Shown in pieces: positions 40,840 through 49,986 of a stretch of DNA of 64,000 bases. Source of the DNA: an uncultured Gemmatimonadaceae bacterium. Its GTDB lineage: Bacteria; Gemmatimonadota; Gemmatimonadetes; Gemmatimonadales; Gemmatimonadaceae. Both the position numbers and the translations under genes were made by a program. Location: NCBI GenBank assembly GCA_963761305.1, contig CAVXGK010000002.1, positions 1,056,001 through 1,120,000 of the forward strand, given 5' to 3'. Each line of letters starts with the position of its first letter. The first letter of the stretch is position 1. The notes under the pieces are model-generated. The model searched no databases. It had not been told where the DNA came from and saw only the letters and a program-made list of their open reading frames with translations.

Positions 40840-41505
40840 ATGAATATGGAAAGACTTCAATCCGCCTTGTTAACCGCCGCCGCGCTTGTCATGGCGGTGG
40901 CCCTCGTCCACCGAGAGTTTTACTCCACTACGGTCGGCAGGGAGAGATCCGCGCCGACAACCGCTGCGAATTGGCGCGAAATCATTCCGGCCGGTAGGCC
41001 CATTGGAGACACAAGTGCGCGAGTAAAGATCATTGAATTTGCCGATCTTCAGTGTCCGTTCTGCAAGTACTTCAACGGTGTGGTCCGGTCGGTTGTTGCG
41101 AAATACCCCAAAGACGTGGAACTTGTTTTTGTTCACGACCCCCTTCCCATGCATCCCTTCGCCGCTCAAGCGGCACGTGCGGCCGAGTGCGCGGCCAGCC
41201 AAGGTCGCTTTTCTGAAATGGTGAACGCGCTTTACGACGCTCAGAGCCTGCTTGGGTCGCAACCGTGGAGCAGTTTCGCGATGACCGCCGGGGTTCCTGA
41301 TGTAAGTCGGTTCGCGGACTGCGTTCGCGACACGATTCCGCTTTCTGTTATTGATCGCGGCGTACAGATGGCGAAGCACTTCAATGTGGTCGGAACTCCT
41401 ACGGTTTTCGTTAACGATAGGCGTTTTGCCGGAGCGCCCAGTGATACAGAGCTCGTTAGAGCTGTCGAGAGTATCCTGGACACTCGAGCCAGCAGTAGGA
41501 GGTAG
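40840..41505 (+). CDS. DsbA family thiol-disulfide oxidoreductase, membrane anchored
   Basis: IIEFADLQCPFC, AARAAECA-x-x-QGRF, VVGTPT; GAGGTG SD. Confidence 0.9.
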   Translation: MNMERLQSALLTAAALVMAVALVHREFYSTTVGRERSAPTTAANWREIIPAGRPIGDTSARVKIIEFADLQCPFCKYFNGVVRSVVAKYPKDVELVFVHDPLPMHPFAAQAARAAECAASQGRFSEMVNALYDAQSLLGSQPWSSFAMTAGVPDVSRFADCVRDTIPLSVIDRGVQMAKHFNVVGTPTVFVNDRRFAGAPSDTELVRAVESILDTRASSRR

Positions 41506-41669
41506 CCGCGAGGCGAATATCGATGCTCGAGACGTGCCGCGCTCGAGCGTGTGCCGGTCAACGAGTCAACTCCCGTGCCTGCAAGAGTCAATCGTCGGCC
41601 CCGAGCGAACTTGCGTCGACCGCAACGGCGCGGCATCGTTGCATCAACACATTCAGTCGGGATAGGAGT

Positions 41670-44102
41670 ATGAGACGTCTCGGCTTTGCCTCCCTCGTCG
41701 CAGCGCTAATATCGGGACTCTTCTGCGCCGCGACGGCTGGCGCTCAGGCAGTACGCGGCGTGGTCGTTGACCGCGCCGATGTGCCGGTACAGGGCGTGGT
41801 TGTCCAGATTCTTGATGCGTCCTCTCGTGTCGCTGGCCGTGCCCTGACTAATGAGCGCGGCGAGTTCCGCGTCGCGCTGGCGGCAGGCACGTACCGCATC
41901 CATACACTGCGCATCGGGTTTCGTCCCACCGACTCGGCTCCGGTAACGCTGCAAGCGGGTCCGGACGTCGCACAACGGATCGTACTTACCGGGTTACCGA
42001 TCGGCTTGGATACCGTGCGCGTCGCGAGCCGCAATGCCTGCCGCGCCCTCAACGACTCCGGTGCGGCGTTCGCAGTTTGGGAACAGATCCGCGCTGCCAT
42101 CGCGGCGGCGTCGCTCACTGCCGCGACGCACGACATCTTCACCACGACCATCTCGTACGAGCGCACGCTGGAGCCTGACGACCGCCGGATCCGTGCGCAG
42201 GCGTCGACCATTCACTCTGGGTACGTCCGCGAGCCGTGGGGGACGCGTTCGGCCGACGCCCTCCATGCAGACGGTTACGTCGTCACCGATCGCGACAACG
42301 TGACGACGTATTACGCGCCGGGGCTTGAGGTGCTCCTCGCCCCATCCTTCGTGGAGGACCACTGTTTCCACCTGACGACCGGCAAGGACCGTCTTGGCCT
42401 CGCGTTCGAGCCGACGCCTGATCGCGGAAAGATACCGGAAATCCGCGGCACGCTCTGGCTCGACGCCAACACGGCCGAGTTACGAAGCTTGGAGTTCCGC
42501 TACTCCAACCTGCTTCCAGAACAGGATGCGATTGCGCTCGGCGCGGCGGATTTCATTCACTTAGCCAACGGGATGTGGGCCATCTCTCGTTGGAACATTC
42601 GTATGCCCGTGCTGGAGCAGGTGATCGGTTCAGAAGTCCGGGGCGGAGCCAGACTTCAACTCGGTCACTCGGAAAGCCACCTGCAGATCGTCGCCGTCCG
42701 CGTCGCCGGCGGCGAGCTTGCGCTCGCACGCCAAGGCGCGGATACGCTGTGGAGGCGACCGCTGGTCGCGCTTTCCGGCACCGTGGTGGACTCTGCCTCG
42801 GGAACGCCAATCGCAAGGGCGCGGCTGAGACTCGCTGGAACCAACCTCGGCGATTCGACGGACGCGCGTGGCCGTTTTGCGATAACAGGCGTTTTGCTCG
42901 GTGACTACACGCTGGAGATCCGCACGCCGTCGCTCGACTCGGTCAACGCGTTGCATCAGATCCCGCTCGCGTTCACCGACTCCGCGCCACCAATTGAACT
43001 GCGCGTTCCCAACGGGACCCAGCTCCTGTCGCTTATTTGCGGCACCCGGAAGCTAGAGTGGGAAGGGATCGTGTTGGGCACGGTAACGTCGACAGGCGAC
43101 TCCATGCCACCGCGCAACGCGAAGGTCACCGCCGAATGGAGGCAAGTCTTCATGCCTGTCGGCGCGCAGTCTATCGAGAATGCCAGCAGTCATGGGCAGT
43201 CCTTGGAGACGCGGACCGATTCGCATGGGATGTTCCGCCTGTGCGGCGTGCCCATCGACAAGACGATCTCTCTCACCGTCGCTGACACAAATACCCCACC
43301 GGTCTACGTCCGAATTCCGCCGGGCGGTCGGTTCGCGCGCGCCGAACTCGCGCTCGGCCGCCGTGCAGGCCTGGACCTCTCGCCGTTCGTCGGCACGGTC
43401 ACCGACTCAGCAGGTCGGCCGGTAGTCACGGCGGACGTCTCACTCCCGGCCTTGTCGAAGAGCACCGTGACCGACGCCGCCGGCGGGTTTCGAATCGACG
43501 GCGTTCCGGCTGGAATCCAGCACGTGCTTGTGCGTCGGCTCGGATATCGTGCGATCGACACGAGCCTCGCCTTTTCAGCCGACCGAACCCTGCGGCGGCG
43601 ATTCGAACTGGTACGCGCGGTGACGCTAGACTCGGTCATCGTCACCGAATCGGCGGTCGACAAGCAGATGGAGAGCTTCGAGGACAACCGCAGGCTCGGA
43701 CTTGGGCATTTTCTCACGCGCGCCGATTTGGCGAAACTCGAGGGCGGCCCATCGACGTCGTCGATCCTTCAGTCGTTCAACGGTCTGTCGATGGTCCGAG
43801 GAACCGGGGGACGCTCATGGATAATCGGCGCACATGGCACACGCGTCGTGATCCCCCTGCGCTCGGACAAGAATCTTGGCGCAACGCCGAGTTGCTACGC
43901 TCAGGTGTATCTGGACGACATCGAGATCTATCATGGCTGGGACAGTGAGCCCCTCTTCGATGTCAATTCGATTCCGCCGGCGGAGATAGAGGCGATCGAG
44001 TACTACGCAACTCCGGCGCAAACACCCCAACGCTACAACAACCTCAATTCAACATGTGGGGTGCTGGTGATCTGGACGTTGAGATACAACTCGAAACGGT
44101 AG
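41670..44102 (+). CDS. Large secreted protein with several carboxypeptidase-regulatory-like domains and a C-terminal TonB plug-like domain, no barrel
   Basis: AGGAG SD, signal peptide, repeated G-x-V-x-D..T...G-x-F..R-x-GY/F modules, DVNSIPPAEIEAIEYY..CGVLVIWT. Confidence 0.78.
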   Translation: MRRLGFASLVAALISGLFCAATAGAQAVRGVVVDRADVPVQGVVVQILDASSRVAGRALTNERGEFRVALAAGTYRIHTLRIGFRPTDSAPVTLQAGPDVAQRIVLTGLPIGLDTVRVASRNACRALNDSGAAFAVWEQIRAAIAAASLTAATHDIFTTTISYERTLEPDDRRIRAQASTIHSGYVREPWGTRSADALHADGYVVTDRDNVTTYYAPGLEVLLAPSFVEDHCFHLTTGKDRLGLAFEPTPDRGKIPEIRGTLWLDANTAELRSLEFRYSNLLPEQDAIALGAADFIHLANGMWAISRWNIRMPVLEQVIGSEVRGGARLQLGHSESHLQIVAVRVAGGELALARQGADTLWRRPLVALSGTVVDSASGTPIARARLRLAGTNLGDSTDARGRFAITGVLLGDYTLEIRTPSLDSVNALHQIPLAFTDSAPPIELRVPNGTQLLSLICGTRKLEWEGIVLGTVTSTGDSMPPRNAKVTAEWRQVFMPVGAQSIENASSHGQSLETRTDSHGMFRLCGVPIDKTISLTVADTNTPPVYVRIPPGGRFARAELALGRRAGLDLSPFVGTVTDSAGRPVVTADVSLPALSKSTVTDAAGGFRIDGVPAGIQHVLVRRLGYRAIDTSLAFSADRTLRRRFELVRAVTLDSVIVTESAVDKQMESFEDNRRLGLGHFLTRADLAKLEGGPSTSSILQSFNGLSMVRGTGGRSWIIGAHGTRVVIPLRSDKNLGATPSCYAQVYLDDIEIYHGWDSEPLFDVNSIPPAEIEAIEYYATPAQTPQRYNNLNSTCGVLVIWTLRYNSKR

Positions 44103-44172
44103 CCGCCGTGGAAAAGCGAGGAGGTCGAGAGGCTCGAGCCGTGCTTGGCTTGGAAGACGGGGGCCGCCGACT

Positions 44173-44457
44173 CTACGCAGCCACCGTCCCCGGGCGGCCG
44201 TGTTGCGGCGGGTCTCGATGTGGTAGGGACGTGCCGAGGATGGACAGGCGTCGTTGCCGGGGTACGCGCCGCGCGCGTTGGACCGTCTTGAGCAGATTCT
44301 CAACGGGCCGCAGCTCGTTCATCAGCGTCGAGTACTGGCGATCGAAGGTGCGAGTTTCGCCTGGTCCGTGTAGACCTGTTCTGTAAGCGCGCGTCGGGCG
44401 TGTCGTTGAGGGTCGGGCCATTGGCCTCGACGCGTCGCGTAATTGTTTGCCGCTCAA
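44173..44457 (-). CDS. Small hypothetical protein directly downstream of the ECF sigma
   Basis: TTG start 4 nt after the sigma stop; helical-looking core FDRQYSTLMNELRPVENLLKTVQR. Confidence 0.3.
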   Translation of the reverse strand: MSGKQLRDASRPMARPSTTRPTRAYRTGLHGPGETRTFDRQYSTLMNELRPVENLLKTVQRARRVPRQRRLSILGTSLPHRDPPQHGRPGTVAA

Positions 44458-44460
44458 GTT

Positions 44461-45270
44461 TCAGCCGGGTTGGGTCGTATCCGCACTCGTGTCGCCCACT
44501 CGAGTCGCCAGCTCGGCCTTGAGGAACGCGCTCGTCCGTCGAAAGGCGGCGAGTTGTGAACGAAACTCCGCCTCGCGAGCTCGCTCGCGCGCCGCGCGTT
44601 CGGCGGCCCCCGGGTCGTGCGCCTCCACAGCCGGTGCAACGGAGGCGGCCACGCGTCGTGGCCCGCGGCTGACGAATGCAGTCGGCGACTCCCTCCCCCT
44701 CCCCTTCACGCTCCTCTTCTCTCGCGGCACCCGGATGCCCCGCGCGCGGAGCTCGGCCCGGAACACACGCTGCGCCTCGGTGATGAACTTGCCAATCATC
44801 TTTTCCGAGGTGCCGAGCGTTCTCGCCGCTTCGGCGTACGATTGGCCGTGCTCCCGCACCGCGACGAATGCCTGACGGCAGCGAGGGCGCAATTTCATGA
44901 GCGTGGCACCGTAGAGCGCCGCCAGCTCTCGTTCTTCCCACTGCGCTTCGGGATTCATCCACGCCCGAGTGTCCGCCGCGATCTCACTGAGGTACGTCCA
45001 ATCGCGCGCCGCGGCCTGTCGGCGATGCACCCGCAGCTCGTTTCGCCGCCGCCGTACCATCGTGGCGACGTACGCCTCCAGCCGCTCCGGCGCCACGTCC
45101 CATGTGCCGCTCCGCAGCCGCGACAAACACTCCGCGGCCACGTCCTGGGCGATGTCTTTCGCGCGGTCTCGGGACCTGACCATCCGCCGAGCCACCGCGT
45201 GCGCACTCGCCTGCACGCGCCCTAGCAATTGTGCTTCGTCCTGGCATCCGCCGCCGTCCGGCGATTCCAT
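44461..45270 (-). CDS. ECF sigma factor with basic C-terminal extension
   Basis: A-x-DIAQDV region 2; L-x-x-L-x-PRCRQAF...SYAEAA-x-x-LG region 4; GGAGG SD. Confidence 0.85.
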   Translation of the reverse strand: MESPDGGGCQDEAQLLGRVQASAHAVARRMVRSRDRAKDIAQDVAAECLSRLRSGTWDVAPERLEAYVATMVRRRRNELRVHRRQAAARDWTYLSEIAADTRAWMNPEAQWEERELAALYGATLMKLRPRCRQAFVAVREHGQSYAEAARTLGTSEKMIGKFITEAQRVFRAELRARGIRVPREKRSVKGRGRESPTAFVSRGPRRVAASVAPAVEAHDPGAAERAARERAREAEFRSQLAAFRRTSAFLKAELATRVGDTSADTTQPG

Positions 45271-45334
45271 CAAATCGGTGCCTCCAAGTGAAGGTGAGTT
45301 GTAGGGGCAAACGCCGGCCGGCCTCGGCGGACTT

Positions 45335-45533
45335 CGCCCCCTACTTATAGAAGTGGGAGCCGACGCGATTTTGCTACCGCAACAAAACGTTGCACCGAGT
45401 GAAAACGCTCATTTACGCCGCATAATAGCCGTCGATTGTCAGCCGTTCGTCAGCAGCTCGCAAAAGCCGCGTCGCCAAAAGAGGACATTTGGTAGCAAAT
45501 CGCGGTCGGCTCCCACTTACTAAGTAGGGGGCG
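45335..45533. promoter_or_regulatory. About 44-bp inverted repeat pair, probably mirrored divergent promoters
   Basis: 45335-45378 is the near-perfect reverse complement of 45491-45533 (GGTAGCAAATCGCGGTCGGCTCCCACTTACTAAGTAGGGGGCG). Confidence 0.7.
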
Positions 45534-45727
45534 CGAGGAACGACGTTGCGACGCGGCGATCGCTGAACGCGTTCGCCCACGCGCCGATTCATCCGCGAGC
45601 GACGCACCTGAAGTCGCTCCCAGCGTCCACGAAGGCGCGCTCAGCGCGATTCAACCCTGTCGCAGCCGAGAGCAACTCGCGTGCGACCGCCTCTTCGCGT
45701 GAAGCGTCGCGGATCACTGACGCTACA

Positions 45728-45959
45728 TCCGAGATTCACTCGGCTCTTGTCCGAAATTCACTCGGCTCTGTCCGAGATTCACTCAGCTCCGTCCGAGATT
45801 CACTCAGCTCCGTCCGAGATTCACTCAGCTCCGTCCGAGATTCACTCAGCTCCGTCCGAGATTCACTCGGGTCCGGCCGCGATTCGCTCGCCTCTACCAG
45901 AGATTCAGTCGCGCACGTCCGCGATTAACTCGCCTTCGTCCGAGAGTCTCTCCGCTTCT
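45728..45959. repeat. 21-bp tandem array, about 11 units (TCCGAGATTCACTCAGCTCCG), four identical
   Basis: Identical units at 45771, 45792, 45813, 45834; decaying flanks. Confidence 0.92.
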
Positions 45960-46019
45960 GCCGAGAGTTAGTTGGAACGATCCCGCGATCGCCTCGCACG
46001 ATCCCGTGCCTAGCCTCCG

Positions 46020-46124
46020 CCGGACCGCGTCACGAAGGCCGCGGACCGGATGAAATCGCGTCCGGACCACGTGAAATCGCATCCGGACCAGATGAAGTCG
46101 CGTCTGGACCAGATGAAGTCGCGT
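46020..46124. repeat. Second 21-bp tandem array, about 5 units (CCGGACCAGATGAAGTCGCGT)
   Basis: Units at 46020, 46041, 46062, 46083, 46104. Confidence 0.85.
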
Positions 46125-46280
46125 TCGCCTCGACTGACATCTGCAACACCCATCCTCACCGGGATAGAAGACTCCCTTCCGTCCCGTTCAGCGTTCGGCG
46201 CGACATCGCGCGCCGAGCTCGCGCCCGCCACATCCCGTGGTCCGGGCGCTTCATCCTCTCTCCCAAAGGAGAAAGACGCA

Positions 46281-47075
46281 GTGAAATCCTCTCATGCAGC
46301 AACCCTGAACACGCTGACCCGAGTGCAGCGGTTCCTGGACCTCAACGGCTCGTCACTCGGCGACATCAACGCGTCGGGGTACCGCAAGATCCTCGACGAC
46401 GTCGTCGGCAAGCTGAGTGCCCACGCCGCCGACCAGACGACGACCAAGCGCGCGGCGGCCGCGGAGGCGGCGAAGGAGCGCGTGCTTCGGAACGCGCTCA
46501 AGCTGAATCACATGCGGCCCATCGCCACGGTCGCCAGCGCACAGCTCCGCCAAGTGCCCGACTTCGCGGCCCTCAAGATGCCGCCCAAGAACGCGACGTC
46601 GCGCACGCTCATCACGTACGCCGCGGCGATGAAGACCGCGGCCAGCGAGTATGCCGACGCGTTCGTCGGCGCCGGTCTGCCGGCGGACTTCCTCGATGAG
46701 TTGCAGGGCGCGGCGGATGCGCTCAGCAACTCGTTGACGAACCGCACCTCGAACGGCGCCGCCCAGCGCGGCGCGACCGTCGGCCTCGACGCCGAAGCGA
46801 CCCGCGGACGTCAGGCGGTGAAGGTGCTCGACTCGCTCGTCGAGCCGCTCATTCAGGGCAACCTCGCGTTGCTCGGCCAATGGACCGCGGCGAAGCGGTT
46901 CGGCGGCAAGGTGAGTGCGCCGACGAGCACGTCGATCGACGCCGCTGCACGCGGGCCGGCGACGTCGTTCCCACCGACGAGTGGCGATTCCGCGACTCCT
47001 TCCGGGTCGCCGCCGGCACCGCAAGCAGGCGCGGTGACGTCTACGCCGGCGCCGGCTCCGAGCCCGGCTGCGTAG
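46281..47075 (+). CDS. All-helical hypothetical protein with Pro/Ser/Thr/Ala tail
   Basis: AAAGGAG SD and GTG at 46281; GC3-rich codons; L-x-RVQ-x-FLD, HMRPI, F-x-x-x-GLP-x-DF-x-x-x-L, W-x-x-A motifs. Confidence 0.8.
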   Translation: MKSSHAATLNTLTRVQRFLDLNGSSLGDINASGYRKILDDVVGKLSAHAADQTTTKRAAAAEAAKERVLRNALKLNHMRPIATVASAQLRQVPDFAALKMPPKNATSRTLITYAAAMKTAASEYADAFVGAGLPADFLDELQGAADALSNSLTNRTSNGAAQRGATVGLDAEATRGRQAVKVLDSLVEPLIQGNLALLGQWTAAKRFGGKVSAPTSTSIDAAARGPATSFPPTSGDSATPSGSPPAPQAGAVTSTPAPAPSPAA

Positions 47076-47107
47076 CCGATAGCGCGAGGAGCCTTCCTCG
47101 AATCGGC

Positions 47108-47153
47108 GGGCACGCCGCTCCCTTCGCGAGGTGGCTAGGGAGCGGCCGTGCCC
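47108..47153. terminator. Hairpin between convergent genes
   Basis: GGGCACGCCGCTCCCT / AGGGAGCGGCCGTGCCC. Confidence 0.45.
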
Positions 47154-47192
47154 TCGATGCCGTGATCGCCGCCAACCTAGGGAGCAGTCGGC

Positions 47193-49118
47193 TCACGACA
47201 CCGAAGCGTACGCCCGACTCTCGATCATGAGCTCGACCAGATCGGCATCGAGACGGCCGGCGTTCGCTTCCGAGCGGAGGATCGCGAGCGCCTCGTCGAC
47301 TGGCATGGCCGGCTTATATGGACGGCCCGCCTCCGTCAGCGCGTCGAACATATCCGCCAGTGTGATCAGCCGGGCCTGCAGTGGTATCTCGTCGCCCCGC
47401 AGCCCGTTCGGATAACCACTCCCGTCGAGCTTTTCGTGGTGATCGCATGCATAGGTGACCAGGTTCTTCAAGTCGTCGGTCAGTGGGATGCCGGCGAGAA
47501 ACGCTCGCCCGGAATCGACGTGCGATTCGACCTCGGTGCGTTCCGCGTCGTCGAGGGTGCCGGACGGAATCTGCAGGAAGTGCAACTCGTCCCGCGTGAG
47601 ATACGGCACGAGGCCTCCGTCGACCCGCTCGAACGTTCTCGACGCGATGTCCGCCAACTCGGCTGGTGGATGCTCGGAGTTCGAATCGGGTTCGTTCGCG
47701 GCCGTCACCGCTCTTCTCATGCGCTGGAGCTGTTCGAGCTGTGCCGCCAACGCCGCGTCGAGACGCGCGTCGGCGACTCGATCGGGCGCCGGCGAGCGTC
47801 GGAGCTCCGCACGTCGCCTGCAGTGCTCGAGCTCGATCGTGCGATGGATCAGGTCGAACCGGGCGTCGACGCGTTCCCACAGAACGGGCGGCAACTTCTT
47901 CGATTTCATCAGCACGGCCTCGCGTACGGCCACCTTTCCGACGTCGTGGACAAGGGCGGCGAACCGAAGCTCGCGCAGCTCGGCGCGCGAAAAATGTACG
48001 TCGCGGTACTTTCCGCGATCGGCGCGACCGACCGCCGCGGCGAGCGCCGTCACAAGCGACGTGACGCGGAGCGAGTGACCGGCTGTGGCCGGATCGCGCT
48101 GATCGATCGCCGTGACGCCCGCCTCGATGAAACTCTCGAGCATGTCCTCGATTCGCTCGTACAGTTGATGGATCTCGATCGACACGGCCGCCTGGCCTGC
48201 CAGCGATCGCGCGAGCTCCACTTCGCGGTCGGTGTACGGCAGCACGCTGCGATCGGCGGACTCCTTGCTCGTAATGCGCGCGTTGGGGTCCGACTTGCGG
48301 TTGCCCAGCGCCAGCACACCAACGGTGCGACCGCGATGGTCGATCATCGGCACGATCAGTCCGGACTTCGTGTAATAGCCGTACGCCTCGTCCAGGGTCG
48401 TGTCGTGCCGGAACGGTGCGCCCGGAGGGAGATTGTAGACGTCGTCGACGACGATCGTCTCGCCGGTGCGCGCGGCGTATCCGGGGACGCTCGTGTCGTC
48501 GATCGAGTACGTCGTCGGCGGCACGCGCAGCTCGGGGAGGAAGTCAAACTCCCAGAACACCGGGCGCAGGCGCGGGACGTGGTCCTCGTCGGTCTCCATC
48601 AGGAGGAGCGCGCCGGAGTCGCTTCCCGTCAGCCGCTTCCCCTGTTTGACAATCTGGCGCAGAAGATCCGCGCGATCGGTTTCCAACATCAGCGCCGTTC
48701 CGATGCGATTCAGCTCGCGCCACTCGAGCCTCAGTCGCGCGAGCCGCGTGCGGAGGGCCTCCGCCGTTCGCCGGGCGCAAGCGAGCGAGCACGCGGCGTC
48801 AATGACGCGATTCCTCGCGGTGAGATCTTCAAGTCCGGCAATGGAGATCGGAGCACGACGCCCCAATGCCTCGCGCGAAGCCTCGTCCGCCGCAACGAGA
48901 ACGACTCGACGCGGGAGCTGCCGAAGCCGATCTCGGCGCTCGAGCATCGAGCAATCGACGATCAGAAGAACTGCTTCATCGCCCGGCCCCTTTGCCCATA
49001 GCTCATTCGCATCCCGCCAGTGACTCGGGTGTGCCGGGTCGGGCGAGACCGAGTGGCCATGATAAATGGTGCACTTCGGCCCGTTGGGATCGGTTGGGAG
49101 AGGGCGACGGCGCTCCAT
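47193..49118 (-). CDS. GAF plus HD-GYP phosphohydrolase, likely c-di-GMP phosphodiesterase (start uncertain)
   Basis: TAGHS-x-RV, LVHDVGK, HHEKLDGSGYP, DMFDALT..RPYK. Confidence 0.9.
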   Translation of the reverse strand: MERRRPLPTDPNGPKCTIYHGHSVSPDPAHPSHWRDANELWAKGPGDEAVLLIVDCSMLERRDRLRQLPRRVVLVAADEASREALGRRAPISIAGLEDLTARNRVIDAACSLACARRTAEALRTRLARLRLEWRELNRIGTALMLETDRADLLRQIVKQGKRLTGSDSGALLLMETDEDHVPRLRPVFWEFDFLPELRVPPTTYSIDDTSVPGYAARTGETIVVDDVYNLPPGAPFRHDTTLDEAYGYYTKSGLIVPMIDHRGRTVGVLALGNRKSDPNARITSKESADRSVLPYTDREVELARSLAGQAAVSIEIHQLYERIEDMLESFIEAGVTAIDQRDPATAGHSLRVTSLVTALAAAVGRADRGKYRDVHFSRAELRELRFAALVHDVGKVAVREAVLMKSKKLPPVLWERVDARFDLIHRTIELEHCRRRAELRRSPAPDRVADARLDAALAAQLEQLQRMRRAVTAANEPDSNSEHPPAELADIASRTFERVDGGLVPYLTRDELHFLQIPSGTLDDAERTEVESHVDSGRAFLAGIPLTDDLKNLVTYACDHHEKLDGSGYPNGLRGDEIPLQARLITLADMFDALTEAGRPYKPAMPVDEALAILRSEANAGRLDADLVELMIESRAYASVS

Positions 49119-49187
49119 CGAACGGGGGCACGCGCACCGAACGTGCCCGCCGGCATGGCGACTGCCTTTCTACAAAAGCGGTGACGC

Positions 49188-49523
49188 TTGAGGAGTCGTT
49201 CCGTGCAGTGCAACACTCGAGTCCGGACCGCGCTGATCGGTTTCGTCGTGGTGCCGGTGTTTGCGTGCGGTCAGGGAAAGAACGAAAAGAGCGCGGCAGG
49301 CAACGTCGCGCCGCCGTCGAGCACGCAACCCTACGCTGTGCCGGGCACCTCGTACGGTGCACCGCCAGCGAGCGTTGAAACGGCCGCGGCAAAGCCGAAA
49401 CATCACAGCAAGCTCGCCGGCGCAGGCGCGGGCGCGGTCGCCGGCCATGCGCTTGGCCACCCGATCGCCGGTGCAGTCGCCGGCGCGATCATTCAGCACG
49501 AGCGGAACAAGCACAACAAGTGA
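49188..49523 (+). CDS. Small lipoprotein with glycine-zipper tail (start uncertain)
   Basis: VFAC lipobox, GAGAGAVAGH..GAVAGA. Confidence 0.65.
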   Translation: MRSRSVQCNTRVRTALIGFVVVPVFACGQGKNEKSAAGNVAPPSSTQPYAVPGTSYGAPPASVETAAAKPKHHSKLAGAGAGAVAGHALGHPIAGAVAGAIIQHERNKHNK

Positions 49524-49565
49524 AGCGCGGGAACACACGTTCCCTGACGGTGCCCGCGGGTTTGC

Positions 49566-49919
49566 TCACGGCCGTCTCTTGGCGACGCGATCGGTCGCGT
49601 CGGAGAGCCGCTCTAGATACGCTGTGACGGCTTCACCCTCTCGACGCGGCGGAAGTACGAACCGCCGGTCATCAGGCTCTCGCGCTTCAGCCGAGTGCAC
49701 CGGCTCGTCGACCATGAGATCGCCGCCGTGACGCTCGATCGCGCGTTCGAAGCGCTCGACTGCCTCGAGCAGCTCGCCGAGTTCCTCATCCGTTTCTCGC
49801 CCGGTGAGATGAATTCCCCGAGATTGTAGACGAGAGGCGAGTTCGACCTCGACGCGCCGCCGCTCGTCGCGGTTCGAGTCGGATTCATTCGATGGATGAC
49901 TGCCCTTGTCATGAGACAC
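49566..49919 (-). CDS. Hypothetical protein
   Basis: GGGAGG SD and GTG; RL-x-x-RGI-x-L-x-G-x-E..VERFE..GGDLMVD. Confidence 0.65.
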   Translation of the reverse strand: MSHDKGSHPSNESDSNRDERRRVEVELASRLQSRGIHLTGRETDEELGELLEAVERFERAIERHGGDLMVDEPVHSAEAREPDDRRFVLPPRREGEAVTAYLERLSDATDRVAKRRP

Positions 49920-49986
49920 GATCGTCCTCCCAAGAGAAATATGATCGTCGTAAGCGAGGCCCGTTTCATGGAGAAAGAGTAGCGTC

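Noticed and set aside
45728..46124. 21-bp arrays as a CRISPR array
   Set aside because: Head-to-tail tandem units with no unique spacers, and no cas genes in the window
46050..46280. N-terminal extension of the helical protein through the second array
   Set aside because: Strong SD plus GTG at 46281 is the better start; the upstream frame is open but low-complexity
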